Shown in pieces: positions 8,248 through 18,351 of a DNA stretch of 64,000 nt. Each line of letters starts with the position of its first letter. Within the stretch, counting starts at the first letter, position 1. The position numbers were made by a program, and so were the translations under genes. The notes under the pieces are model-generated. The model ran no database searches. It saw nothing but the letters and a program-made list of their open reading frames with translations, and had not been told where the DNA came from. This stretch comes from an uncultured Verrucomicrobiota bacterium (GTDB lineage Bacteria; Verrucomicrobiota; Verrucomicrobiia; Limisphaerales; CAYMCQ01), in contig CAYMCQ010000002.1 in the NCBI GenBank assembly GCA_964389025.1, positions 29,867-93,866 of the forward strand, in the 5' to 3' direction.

Positions 8248-11200
8248 ATGCTGGAACTGATTTATCTCCCTTAGGACAGCCAGGCTTCAACACTTTACCG
8301 GGTGTTTCGAATTCCTTCTGTGCTGCTGAACAAGGTTGGTCATCAAGATAAGCCATAACCCTCTTAATGCTAATCCGTCCTGAGAGACATCCTTGGCTTT
8401 TACAGAAGAGCATTACGCAACATCGTTCGCTTGACTGCCATCCCTTCATCTGGCTTCTGCATATCTTGATTCCGTCTTGTAATTCCCACCGATTGAAGAT
8501 GTCGTTCCACATGTCTGCACACATATTCAATGCATCCACCCCGGCTCCTGTTGCCGGGGAACTCGGGGTCCCTGTAGGTGGCGACTTTGGGGAACCCGAA
8601 CTAGGCTTTCCAGGAGGAGCAGGTGGAGGGGTCTTGGGTGGGGGTAAAGGGGGATCTCCTGGTCCCGGTGCTGGCCAGTTTGGTGGAATGACAGGGTTGG
8701 GAATTGGACCTTTATCTTGGAGACCTAAGAGATCCACAAAGTAAATGGGGTCGTTACGAACAAATTCATAAAGATTCAACCCTCCCCACTCCTCGATGGG
8801 ATCGCGGCTTAACCAAGCCAAGTCGGGTCGGCGGACGCGAAATTCGTAGAGCTCAATGTCCGTTGTCCGGTCGTTTCGCTTGGTCGAAAACTGGAAGCGG
8901 TTCTCATCGGCCATGGCTCCTGTGCTGCGCAACACCGTGCCAAATGGATCGTATTCGTAAAGCGCGCTCACGATCCCGTCACTGGCCTTGACCAGTGCAA
9001 CTACATTTCCGTTCCCGTCGTAGGCGTAGAAATGCGCCCCATTTGCCGCGCTGTTTAACATCAGCAAGCCGCCCACTCCACCAGCGCCATCCAGCGTGCT
9101 GCTCAAGTCCAGCCCCCAGACGTAAGAGCTCACAAGTGCATTGTCCGCCGCGTTCAACTCCGCAATACAACGCCAGCCGTCGCTCACGAACTTCAAATCT
9201 TCGGTAACCACATAACTGCCGCTGCTTCCGTTGTATGTCGTCTGCCGGATACGTCGGCCTTTGCCATCGTATTCCCAAGTGACTCGCCGCTTCGAGGCGG
9301 TTGGCGACGAAGATAGACTCTCCACTTTCGTCAGCCGATTCTCTCCATCCCACGTGTAGTTCCATCGCCCGTCACTGGTGAGATTTCCGTCCAGGTCGTA
9401 GCCGAACGCTTCCGGCGTCTGTGGCACGAACTCGTGGCGGGTCACAGGGTTTTCACCAGTTGCGGTCACGTCCACCTGGTGCCAGACGGGGGCGGTGTCA
9501 TTTGCCACAGTGAGTTGCTTGCGGAAGTATTCGCCTTTGCGATATGCGGCTGGAGTGGGGTCATTCACCTCCACCGTGCTGGTGGCCAGTGCAATGCCCA
9601 TTACGTCCACCGCACCGGGCACGGTGCGGCTGGTGTATTGGTTCAAGTTGTTTGGCGTGTAAGTGGCCACGCGCAGGTTCGCCCCGTTCTCATCGCCGCC
9701 GGCCTTGGTGCTCTTGCGATTTCCGATGTCATCGTGTGCATACTCGAACTGCTGGCCGGGCACGGGATAACCGTCGTTGAAATACTTCGCGCCACGTTTC
9801 ACCTGGCCGAGCGAATCGTATTCGTAGAGCCAATACGAGCCGTCGGCAGTCGTGTTGCGCGTCCGCTGGTTGGCGGAGTTGTATTGGTAAGAGTAAGAAA
9901 CCGGCTGTTGACCGGACGCGGCGGGCGCGCTGCCGATCACCGATAGCCGGTTCAAATAATCATATGACTTGGTCGTCGTCATGCGCGGTGTCGTGTTTTG
10001 TTTGAAGGTCACGGTGCCCACCAGCAGCGAGTTGGCAAGATAACCATACGTGGCGGTTTGCGTGCCATCGGAAACGGTGGCGAGGCGCGAAGCGGTGTCG
10101 TAAGAATTGGTTGCATGTGTTAATAGCGTTGAACCGTTAAGAGTGGAAAGATTGGTGCGGCGCAGATATGTGTCGTAACCATTCGTCACGGACAGACCGT
10201 TCAAAGTGCCGCCTGTGTAAGTCTCGGTCAGCAATTCATTGGCATCGTTGTAAGTCAGCGTGGTTACCGCACTCCCTTGTGTGATGGTGTTTTTTCGGCC
10301 CCGGCGATCGTAGCCATAGGTCACCGTTGGCGTACTCTGAGGATCGTTGGAATAGGTCACCGTCTGAAGGTCTCCCGCAGGGTTGTAAGCATAAGTGGTG
10401 GTGACGCCGCGTTCCCAATGCCGCTTCCAGAGCCTTCCCGAACCGAGGTATTCGTAATCCAGCGTGTTGTCGGTTTCACCGTCATACACCTTTTTCTCCA
10501 GCCAGCCGCGGTATTGGTTGTAGTTCCACGTCGTCGTCGTGGGCGCGCCGGTGCCGCCGGCGAAGTTCTGCCACGTCATCATCGTCTTCATGCGCCCGGC
10601 GTAATCGTAGAAGTATTCCACCGGATAGGTGCGCGAGCCGTAGGTTTTCTTAAGCAGTCCGGTGGGGAAGAATTCGCTTGTCACACTCGTGCCGTCCGGC
10701 TGCGTCACGTTCGTCGCGCGGAGCGAGGTGTCGTAATAGGTGGTCGTGGTTTGTGCGGCTTGGCCGTTGCCGGGTATGGGCGTGGTGACGGTGGCAGTCT
10801 GATCAGCGTTGTTGAAGGTGTAGGTTGTCGTGCCGTTGCGCGCGTCCTTCATGGTGTTCTGGCGACCGTGGGCGTCGTAACCGTAAGTGGTCTTGGTGAT
10901 TTGCGCAGGTGCGGAACTGAATCTCGTAACGGTGTTCAGGAAACCTGACTTGTAAACGGCCACCGTGGATGAGCCGTCCGGAGACGTGGCCGTGGCGGTC
11001 CGAGTCCAACCGTTCCCGGAAGTGGCAATTTGTGTTATCGTGCTGGTCGTGACAGCGGTGGCAGGATTCGCGGCGTCCTTATAGACCGTTGACCAGGTTT
11101 TCAAACCGTCAGTGGAAGTTTCGGTGGTGCTAACTTTTGCCACCGCATCGGAATCGTCCGTAGTCCACACCTCGATATCAGTCCGCGTAATGTCCACGCC

Positions 11201-14059
11201 CCGCGTGTTGCCGGCGTCGGTGGACGCCAGAACGGTTCTGGTCGTTCTCGTGACGCGATCCGTGCCCGTTTGTCCATCGTCAATCAGATCATCCTGATCA
11301 ACGTCAATCGCGCTCACGATCAGTTCGCCCTTCGCATCATAGCGATACAGGGTGACGACGTTGTCCGGGTCTCTCTGTTTTTCCAACTGGCCCAAGTTGT
11401 TGTACCAGGACTGGCTGTAAGGATAAGGCGCGGAACCAGCGGCATAAACGGTTTTGTAGGACCGCCCCACACCATCTACATAGTTCGTGGTCCATTCGGT
11501 GGTGTTCACCCCGTTGGTGTACAGCTTGAATTCCTTGGTGTATTCACGCCAGATCGAGCTGTCGTCCTGTTCCACATTATGAACATATCTGACTCCTTGA
11601 ACCGCCGTGCCGGTGACGCTCTCCAACCTTCCGTCGCGATAATAGGTGTTCGTACGCGTGCCGCCGTCCGGGTTCAGCGTGATTTCCTGCAACCGGCTGG
11701 AGGCAATGGCGTACAGGTTCGTCGTCACACCACCCAAGGCGTTCGTCTGGCGCGTGACGCGCCCCAGAACGTCGTACTGGAACTGTGCGGTGGTGATTAC
11801 GGTGCCGTTCGTGCCGACGCGCATCGTGGCGAGCACCGCGCCCACGGCGTCCAGTTTGTTGGTGGTTTCAATGACGCGCTCGGTTGACTGGACCACTTCC
11901 ACCACCCGGCGGGTACCCAATTGCCATTTTAGCAGAGGATCCTGAACGTAATAAGTTTTGACCCCATCCGGATCAATCATGTAATCCAGTCCGCAGCAGC
12001 CGTTGTAACGGTGCTGGGTTTTCCGTTGGGCCAGATCGGTGACATCGTAGCTGCGTCGCAAGTGATCCAGATAGTTGTTGTATGCATCCTTGTAATTGTA
12101 AACCTGCTCCGCCAGCTTCACGCCTGCCGTTCCACCCACGACGACCTTGGTCGTGATGGATAACGGCAGTCCCAACTCGTCCACGACCGTGGTGGATTCG
12201 GTGCCATCCCCGGCAGGCGAAAGATGTCGTACACGAGTCGTAACTTCGTCGTCGTAATGATAAGAAGTAATTGTTCCGTCCGGGTGAGTGACGGAAGTCG
12301 TGCGACCGGAGGTGTCCTTTTCGGTAATCGTATTTAGGTTTCCGGTATCGTCCCATTTCCCTCCCGGCTCGGGACATTGTCGGGTTTCTTCATTAGCATC
12401 GCTGACGAATCGGTGGTAGATTCTCGACACCTCGTTGGATACACCAGCCGACACTATTTTGGTGATGATGCGACGCGGCTTCTCCGATTTGATGCCACCA
12501 TCGTCAACCACACCGTCGTCATCGAAGTTCAGAGAGTAAGCATACGACTTGAGTCTGAAGGTTTGGGTCAGGAGATTCGGCTCATCTCCGGGAGCCGGGG
12601 GAGCATTGTTGCCATAAGCGGAGTATTCGGTTTCCATTAGCCCATCAGCATTGTACTTGTAGTAAACCCAATTGCCTTCCGGATAATCCACCCGTTGCAA
12701 CTTGTTTGCACTCCCCGTTCCGGCTGAATCCGAATAATAGGTATAGGTGGTGGTGCGGGTCAGCCCGCCGTCGCCTTCCACTTCCTGCGTCAACACCTTG
12801 TCCCCCAACGTGTCCACATATTTGTAGGTCTTCTGATTCTTACGAACTACAGTGCTGTCGAAGGTGACCTGGTGGAAATAATTGGTGGTATCTCCGTCCG
12901 GCGTGACCGCCGTTTTCCAGGCTGAAATTGTTGTGTGCCCATCGGGCTGCAACAAATCCCATCGCAAAGTCGAACTGGTGTATGTGTATTTGAAATCACG
13001 GCTTGATTCGCCGCGCTGTTCGGTAATCCAGAGACGGTTGTACGGTTGGCCGCCGTCAGGGTTTTTTACGATCCAAGTGACGTAAGCCGCTGCGTCTGCG
13101 TTGGTCGTATAAAATCCGTTTGCATCTTTGACATAAGCACCATTCCCGTCCTTCACCACGTTGGTCTCATAAAAGCACTGTAGATGGTATTCATTATTGT
13201 CGTCCTTCACCGCCACATGCACCAGGCCTTGCGGAGTCTTCACCTGTTTGATTGTTTCGTCTGTCCAAGGGAGAACCTCAACGCCAGGCATCACAAACGG
13301 GACTTTTATTGAGTCCGGCTTGGCCAGATCAGCCGACGGCTCCTCTGCATAAAGAGAAATGTATCCAGCATCCCACTTAGGAGTAGACCGCCCAAGATTA
13401 AGCCGAAAATCCACACTGCGGTTCGATACGTTGCCGGTTCCTTGTTGTGGGCCCTGGTTGCCGCAACTGCCGCATCCCCCACCGTCGTCGTCATCCGGCA
13501 CATTAATTCGAACGATTCCAATCGCTTTATACTCGCGAGTTCTAATTTCGCAGTCATCACATTTATTACCCGTAATCCCAGTGCAATCCTCGCAATCAGC
13601 GGTAACTGTGGCGATGACTTGCACAGCTCCACTCTTCTTGAAACCGTCAGGCTCTGGAGACCAAACCCTCCAGGAAAAGTTTCCATCGCCCAAATCCTCG
13701 ACTTTAGATTGCGCGCCGGTCCCGTCCGGATCCTTAATCTCGACGTTGCCTTCGACGGAAGCCGAATCAATAGAGCAGATACCGTCAATGGTTGTTTCGA
13801 ATAGATCCTGCCCGTGCGCCGAAGCAGTTCCGCCTGCCTCGCCGCACCTGCCACATATCACTGCAAGGACTTTGGTGGGAACGCCTTCAAAGCAGCACTT
13901 TGAATCGATCACCCCATCCTCACCCACATATACAGCCGCGGTATTGCAGGTAACATCACAGTAGGCCGGCGGGTCCGCGAAAAGCAAATGGAATGCGGCA
14001 ACCATCACTGTCAGAATAGCGAAGACGCTCAATCTCTTGTTCGAGGTTAATTTCTTCAT
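8225..14059 (-). CDS. RHS/YD-repeat polymorphic toxin with signal peptide, Cys-rich N-terminus and a 164-aa C-terminal domain
   Basis: Many YxYD repeats ('YTYDALG'-like). RHS core end 'FQFSTK...SRDPIEEWGGLNLYEFVRNDPIYFVDLLGL'; RBS AAGGA upstream of the start. Confidence 0.93.
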   Translation of the reverse strand: MKKLTSNKRLSVFAILTVMVAAFHLLFADPPAYCDVTCNTAAVYVGEDGVIDSKCCFEGVPTKVLAVICGRCGEAGGTASAHGQDLFETTIDGICSIDSASVEGNVEIKDPDGTGAQSKVEDLGDGNFSWRVWSPEPDGFKKSGAVQVIATVTADCEDCTGITGNKCDDCEIRTREYKAIGIVRINVPDDDDGGGCGSCGNQGPQQGTGNVSNRSVDFRLNLGRSTPKWDAGYISLYAEEPSADLAKPDSIKVPFVMPGVEVLPWTDETIKQVKTPQGLVHVAVKDDNNEYHLQCFYETNVVKDGNGAYVKDANGFYTTNADAAAYVTWIVKNPDGGQPYNRLWITEQRGESSRDFKYTYTSSTLRWDLLQPDGHTTISAWKTAVTPDGDTTNYFHQVTFDSTVVRKNQKTYKYVDTLGDKVLTQEVEGDGGLTRTTTYTYYSDSAGTGSANKLQRVDYPEGNWVYYKYNADGLMETEYSAYGNNAPPAPGDEPNLLTQTFRLKSYAYSLNFDDDGVVDDGGIKSEKPRRIITKIVSAGVSNEVSRIYHRFVSDANEETRQCPEPGGKWDDTGNLNTITEKDTSGRTTSVTHPDGTITSYHYDDEVTTRVRHLSPAGDGTESTTVVDELGLPLSITTKVVVGGTAGVKLAEQVYNYKDAYNNYLDHLRRSYDVTDLAQRKTQHRYNGCCGLDYMIDPDGVKTYYVQDPLLKWQLGTRRVVEVVQSTERVIETTNKLDAVGAVLATMRVGTNGTVITTAQFQYDVLGRVTRQTNALGGVTTNLYAIASSRLQEITLNPDGGTRTNTYYRDGRLESVTGTAVQGVRYVHNVEQDDSSIWREYTKEFKLYTNGVNTTEWTTNYVDGVGRSYKTVYAAGSAPYPYSQSWYNNLGQLEKQRDPDNVVTLYRYDAKGELIVSAIDVDQDDLIDDGQTGTDRVTRTTRTVLASTDAGNTRGVDITRTDIEVWTTDDSDAVAKVSTTETSTDGLKTWSTVYKDAANPATAVTTSTITQIATSGNGWTRTATATSPDGSSTVAVYKSGFLNTVTRFSSAPAQITKTTYGYDAHGRQNTMKDARNGTTTYTFNNADQTATVTTPIPGNGQAAQTTTTYYDTSLRATNVTQPDGTSVTSEFFPTGLLKKTYGSRTYPVEYFYDYAGRMKTMMTWQNFAGGTGAPTTTTWNYNQYRGWLEKKVYDGETDNTLDYEYLGSGRLWKRHWERGVTTTYAYNPAGDLQTVTYSNDPQSTPTVTYGYDRRGRKNTITQGSAVTTLTYNDANELLTETYTGGTLNGLSVTNGYDTYLRRTNLSTLNGSTLLTHATNSYDTASRLATVSDGTQTATYGYLANSLLVGTVTFKQNTTPRMTTTKSYDYLNRLSVIGSAPAASGQQPVSYSYQYNSANQRTRNTTADGSYWLYEYDSLGQVKRGAKYFNDGYPVPGQQFEYAHDDIGNRKSTKAGGDENGANLRVATYTPNNLNQYTSRTVPGAVDVMGIALATSTVEVNDPTPAAYRKGEYFRKQLTVANDTAPVWHQVDVTATGENPVTRHEFVPQTPEAFGYDLDGNLTSDGRWNYTWDGENRLTKVESLSSSPTASKRRVTWEYDGKGRRIRQTTYNGSSGSYVVTEDLKFVSDGWRCIAELNAADNALVSSYVWGLDLSSTLDGAGGVGGLLMLNSAANGAHFYAYDGNGNVVALVKASDGIVSALYEYDPFGTVLRSTGAMADENRFQFSTKRNDRTTDIELYEFRVRRPDLAWLSRDPIEEWGGLNLYEFVRNDPIYFVDLLGLQDKGPIPNPVIPPNWPAPGPGDPPLPPPKTPPPAPPGKPSSGSPKSPPTGTPSSPATGAGVDALNMCADMWNDIFNRWELQDGIKICRSQMKGWQSSERCCVMLFCKSQGCLSGRISIKRVMAYLDDQPCSAAQKEFETPGKVLKPGCPKGDKSVPAYEKMFLW

Positions 14060-14109
14060 ACGATTTCCTTAATTATTCCTTCGTCCACCATAGGACATTT
14101 CAGCGGCAA

Positions 14110-17100
14110 TTACTTCAGAGGCGTGAATACCTGCAAGCCGGTGCCCGCAGCCAAACCATTCGGCGAGTTGTAAACCTGCCACGAGGTTGGATCATTTGCT
14201 CCATTCCCGTCGCCGTTGGCATCTTCAAAATAATCCGGCAATCCGTCGCCGTCGGTATCTACGGGTTGGTCGCTGCCGTTCACCGCGACGTAATGGAAGC
14301 CGATGTCCACCGTGGAGGTGGGTACTTCCTTCACCTGATCGGCTGTGGTGGTGTAGTGATACAGCGCGGCATTGGTGGCATAGCGGCTGCCGGCGTCGAT
14401 CAGCAGGCTTAAATTTCCACCGGTAGTCGGGTAGTAGTAACTTCCCAACGCGCCACTTTGGTAATCAGCATTCGCCACCGTGACGTCATGCCCACCCGAA
14501 CCGGGAAGTTGCGTCGTGCTATGATAACCGTTGTAGTCGTTTGGCCAGGGTTCGCTCCCGTCATTGCTCAAATTCACCGTGTCAAAGAGATTGTCAAAGA
14601 CATACCAGGCAGCATTGGCAGTATTGTCCTCTAAACTTACGGTGCCGCCCAGGAACAGGTTGTTGTATAAAAGAGTCTGCAACGGCGTTTGATCCTCGCC
14701 CGGCATCGGGAAAAGGCTATGTCCTTGAGTTACTTTAAAATTGACCCGCTGCACCAAACAGTTCGTGAACGACACGGTCGCCAGTTGACAACCAAAACAG
14801 AACGGGTTTGAAATCCCCAAATCCATGAATCCGCCCCGCCAGAAGCAGTCCCTTAATGCGATGGCCTTGAAGCCAAGTAAGTTATTGTGAACAAAATACC
14901 GTTTGTGATAGGCATCACTCAACAAGGATATGTCCGTAAACCGCATCCGCACTTCGGTGTATGAAAAGAAATCCATCATTTGAATCACGGACATGGTCGA
15001 ACCGGTAGTCCCCCAAACCGATGACTGTTCCTGCACGGCCTGATAACGCACGAACCGGTTGAGATTGATCGGTGTGCCTTCACTGTAAATTTTCCCGCCC
15101 TTTCTTAGTTGGATTCCGTTCGTCCCGTAAACCCCAATCGCGACCCCGTTGGTCAACGTCAGCGTAGCGTTTGTAAGTGCGACGCCGCTCATCACATAAT
15201 CAAGCGGGTCGTAGTGATAACCCAGATCGGGTGCATCTGTATCCCGCTGGGCTTGGGGATTAAGCGTCGTGTTGATCATGATTGCGTTTGTGAGAATGAT
15301 TGGCGGATACGTCGTTTTCGTTTCCAGTTCAGCCAGCAGCCATGGGCTGATGTCGGTCGTTCCTGCGTCGCGGTAAGTGCCGTCGGCCAGATAATAGTTG
15401 CCCGCGCCCACACTTTGAAAAGCGCTTCCGTCAACTTCCTCGGTGTGGTCAGTGGTAAGGGTGCACTGCGTCTGGTCGGGAACGCCCAACAGCAGACTGT
15501 TTGCCAACGATATCTGGTTAGCGGTGGTGCCGAAACCGAAATTGGCGCAACTGTCAATCGTCAGGTGCTCGCCGTGGATATTCACTGGCGTTCCGTTGTT
15601 TGGTCCTTCTTCCTCATTACAGCCACCGCACCAGAACAGCGTTACAATGTTCGTGAACAACCCATTCTGAACATGGAGATTAGCGCCGCCCTTCATCCCG
15701 ATATAACAGTTGAGCAATTGAACGTTCCGGAGGTAAATGTCGCCAGAATCGGGGAATCGGAACGCGCTTACCAAATAGTTCACCCGCAGATGTCGCAGGT
15801 CAGTAAGGTTTTCCGACACGCGCAACACGTCACAGGCACTGCCGTGAAACTCATTCCCATTTCCGCCGTAGTAGCCGGTGCTGCCGAAATACCCGTTTGG
15901 CGTCCCGCAGCTGCCGGAAATCCTTTCGCCAACCGTGTCGTCGTCCATCGCGGTGAAGATGGCCGGTCTGTAAGCCGTCGTCTGGCAATCAATCGGGCCA
16001 TTGAACGAAATGGTTCCAGCCGGGTCACCAGAAGTATTTTCGGGCGAGCGACCGAATTTCACCACGGTTCCGCCTTCAATTGTGCTCGTTCCGTCCAGAT
16101 TAACGTCCCCACTGCAAAAATATGTCGTATCGCCCTGGAACGTGAAATCTGTGCTGCTCGCGAGCGCTGAATAGTCCAGCACGAAACCGGGCTGCCCGTA
16201 AATATCCAGTTGGGCAAGTTCTATCGGCTTGTCAGATGTGCCTGTCGGCAAGGCCGGCAGCTTCCTCTCAATGCTAGCCAGATTTTGGAATTTCTTCGTG
16301 TCAGGAAGCGCCGCCTGTGGCTTCTCCGGCAAAGTTTTCAGCGTGCTTTCGATCCGTTTGTATTGAACTTCCTCGACCAAAAACTTTCTCCCGTCCAGCA
16401 CCGTCCACTGTTTCACCACCGGCACGCTGGACTTTTGATTGGCCTCAGCGCCAATAGCAAATGCTTTCCCTCTGCCGATTTTCATTTCACCGAAATCAAG
16501 TTTCTCATCCGTCAGACCGACTTGCCCGTCAACGACCACTTGTTCTTTCACCGGCTCGGGCGGATCGAGAAATTCTGTGAGCACTTGCAGACGAGTCGTT
16601 GCTGGATCAAGCCCCCACTCACTCGGCGATGGCGGTTGCTCGCGCAAAATGATGTCCTGCTCCAGCCCGGCTTTCGTGAGCGTGTAAAGCACGTCGGCCT
16701 TCACGTCGGTAAAAGCGTTTTGGTAAATGATTTTGTTCTTGGATGGCAGAAGAAACCCGTCCGCATCCTGCAACTCGGCTATCAACACGCTCTTGCCACT
16801 CGCCGTATCGAAATAACTCAATCCAAGAATGTGGCTCTTGAGATTTTTGCCGTCGGGCGTGAGAAGTTCCACTGCGCCCGCCACGTTGACGTTTCCATCG
16901 AACGAAACCTTGTGAGGAGTCTTGCTTGCAACCGCGCCATCCTGAGCGATCTCTATCACAGTGCTGGATTCTTTCCACTCGCCGTTGTCAAAATAGTGCA
17001 TCGAAGTTTCAAGTTCTGTGTAAGCCGAGTTCGTGCGCCCGATGACTTTTCCAGCCTTGTTTGTTTCGTAAGTCACCTGCGCCCACACACGGTGATTGGC

Positions 17101-17208
17101 CCCGCGTTCGGATATGGAATAGTCCGATGCGCCTTCGGGATTGGCACCGGAAGAATTCAGGGCGTGAGCAACCAATAAAACGCATGAGAATAACGCGAGA
17201 GTTTTCAT
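14110..17208 (-). CDS. large secreted beta-rich protein (1032 aa) upstream of RHS
   Basis: Signal peptide 'MKTLALFSCVLLVAHA', two internal 'DAG...D(L/I)G(Y/F)HY' modules, and a C-terminal Ca-binding-like 'DTDGDGLPDYFEDANGDG'. Confidence 0.8.
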   Translation of the reverse strand: MKTLALFSCVLLVAHALNSSGANPEGASDYSISERGANHRVWAQVTYETNKAGKVIGRTNSAYTELETSMHYFDNGEWKESSTVIEIAQDGAVASKTPHKVSFDGNVNVAGAVELLTPDGKNLKSHILGLSYFDTASGKSVLIAELQDADGFLLPSKNKIIYQNAFTDVKADVLYTLTKAGLEQDIILREQPPSPSEWGLDPATTRLQVLTEFLDPPEPVKEQVVVDGQVGLTDEKLDFGEMKIGRGKAFAIGAEANQKSSVPVVKQWTVLDGRKFLVEEVQYKRIESTLKTLPEKPQAALPDTKKFQNLASIERKLPALPTGTSDKPIELAQLDIYGQPGFVLDYSALASSTDFTFQGDTTYFCSGDVNLDGTSTIEGGTVVKFGRSPENTSGDPAGTISFNGPIDCQTTAYRPAIFTAMDDDTVGERISGSCGTPNGYFGSTGYYGGNGNEFHGSACDVLRVSENLTDLRHLRVNYLVSAFRFPDSGDIYLRNVQLLNCYIGMKGGANLHVQNGLFTNIVTLFWCGGCNEEEGPNNGTPVNIHGEHLTIDSCANFGFGTTANQISLANSLLLGVPDQTQCTLTTDHTEEVDGSAFQSVGAGNYYLADGTYRDAGTTDISPWLLAELETKTTYPPIILTNAIMINTTLNPQAQRDTDAPDLGYHYDPLDYVMSGVALTNATLTLTNGVAIGVYGTNGIQLRKGGKIYSEGTPINLNRFVRYQAVQEQSSVWGTTGSTMSVIQMMDFFSYTEVRMRFTDISLLSDAYHKRYFVHNNLLGFKAIALRDCFWRGGFMDLGISNPFCFGCQLATVSFTNCLVQRVNFKVTQGHSLFPMPGEDQTPLQTLLYNNLFLGGTVSLEDNTANAAWYVFDNLFDTVNLSNDGSEPWPNDYNGYHSTTQLPGSGGHDVTVANADYQSGALGSYYYPTTGGNLSLLIDAGSRYATNAALYHYTTTADQVKEVPTSTVDIGFHYVAVNGSDQPVDTDGDGLPDYFEDANGDGNGANDPTSWQVYNSPNGLAAGTGLQVFTPLK

Positions 17209-17481
17209 AAAGCGAAATGTCTAGAAATAGCCGCCAAGCCGAAACATCTCTGAAGGGAACACAAACCCATTGCCGACAAAGGAAGGTATGCCGGCAAACT
17301 GATTCGATGATTGGTTTTCATCGCGCCTGATTGAAAGCACTCACGGTTGACCCCAATGAGTGACTGCCTTAAAGCTATCTGCACCGAAAACGAAAACACA
17401 GAGGAAGAATAGCGAGTCCCAATGTGTTGAAGGCGTTTCTACTCTTGCACTTGTAGGGGGTCAATAGAATTCCTGAAGAAG

Positions 17482-18012
17482 TTATTCACAGGCTGTAGAG
17501 CTCTTGTGATGATGCCGTTGGCGCACCATCAAAGCCAGCGCCACTGCATCAAATATGTCCATCCGATAGTCTTCGCTCATCCAGGGGCGACGCTTGGGCG
17601 GCAGGCGAAAACCCAGTTCATCAGAAAACTTTTTTGCGATGATTTCTGCCAGAGCGTATTTGGTTCCTTGACCATCGTCAAAAAAGGCCTGCCTCACTTG
17701 TTCTTTCGAGAACAAGACCGCAATGACATTGTGGCTTTTCGCCAGGGTAATAATTTGTTTACCGAGTGCGCGGATTCTTGTAGAGCGACGGAATGGTTTG
17801 GTTGAAGTATCTTCAAGAACGACGACGTCGGGTTGGTAATGAGCGACCATCTTTTCCACTTGTGCGATGCAGCCAGGATTCTTGTCGCCTGTTACCGACT
17901 TCACGCCCCAATCAGCGAGCGTATCGAGTCCTTCAACGAGAGCAAAGCCGAACCCTCTCGTTGAGGGAGCGATTGCCAAGATGCGAGGATATTTTGAAAG
18001 TGGTTTCTTCAT
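17482..18012 (-). CDS. RuvC/RNase H-fold protein (first acidic position appears to be Ala)
   Basis: 'ILAIAPSTRGFGFALVEG', 'VVVLED' and 'DIFDAVALAL' follow RuvC-like spacing. Confidence 0.55.
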   Translation of the reverse strand: MKKPLSKYPRILAIAPSTRGFGFALVEGLDTLADWGVKSVTGDKNPGCIAQVEKMVAHYQPDVVVLEDTSTKPFRRSTRIRALGKQIITLAKSHNVIAVLFSKEQVRQAFFDDGQGTKYALAEIIAKKFSDELGFRLPPKRRPWMSEDYRMDIFDAVALALMVRQRHHHKSSTACE

Positions 18013-18018
18013 GATGGA

Positions 18019-18351
18019 TTAAGCAGCGGTAAGATCGGTAAGCGCCTCACGCTTGCGGATAGTCTGCGCATTCCGTTTACCGCCATCTTTTCTCTCGGCA
18101 AGTATTTTGGCTCGCTCCGCAACGTCCCGTTCGACTTTTTGATAAAGGCCCCCAAAGAGTTCGCTCACCGACCTCTTGAAAATCACTTCAAAAGCCAGCG
18201 CCGTTTCCAAACTCGGTTCACGAACAAACATCTCATAGCGGCAAACCTTGGCTCCGCTTTTTGTTCCCAAAAGAAACGCCACTTCGTCTTGCGAGAGAGC
18301 GAGGCGTTTTCTATTTGCCCTGAGATAATTTGGAAATTGAGGCGAAGACAT
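18019..18351 (-). CDS. XRE-family HTH regulator
   Basis: 'NYLRANRKRLALSQDEVAFLLG...VCRYE'. Confidence 0.85.
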   Translation of the reverse strand: MSSPQFPNYLRANRKRLALSQDEVAFLLGTKSGAKVCRYEMFVREPSLETALAFEVIFKRSVSELFGGLYQKVERDVAERAKILAERKDGGKRNAQTIRKREALTDLTAA

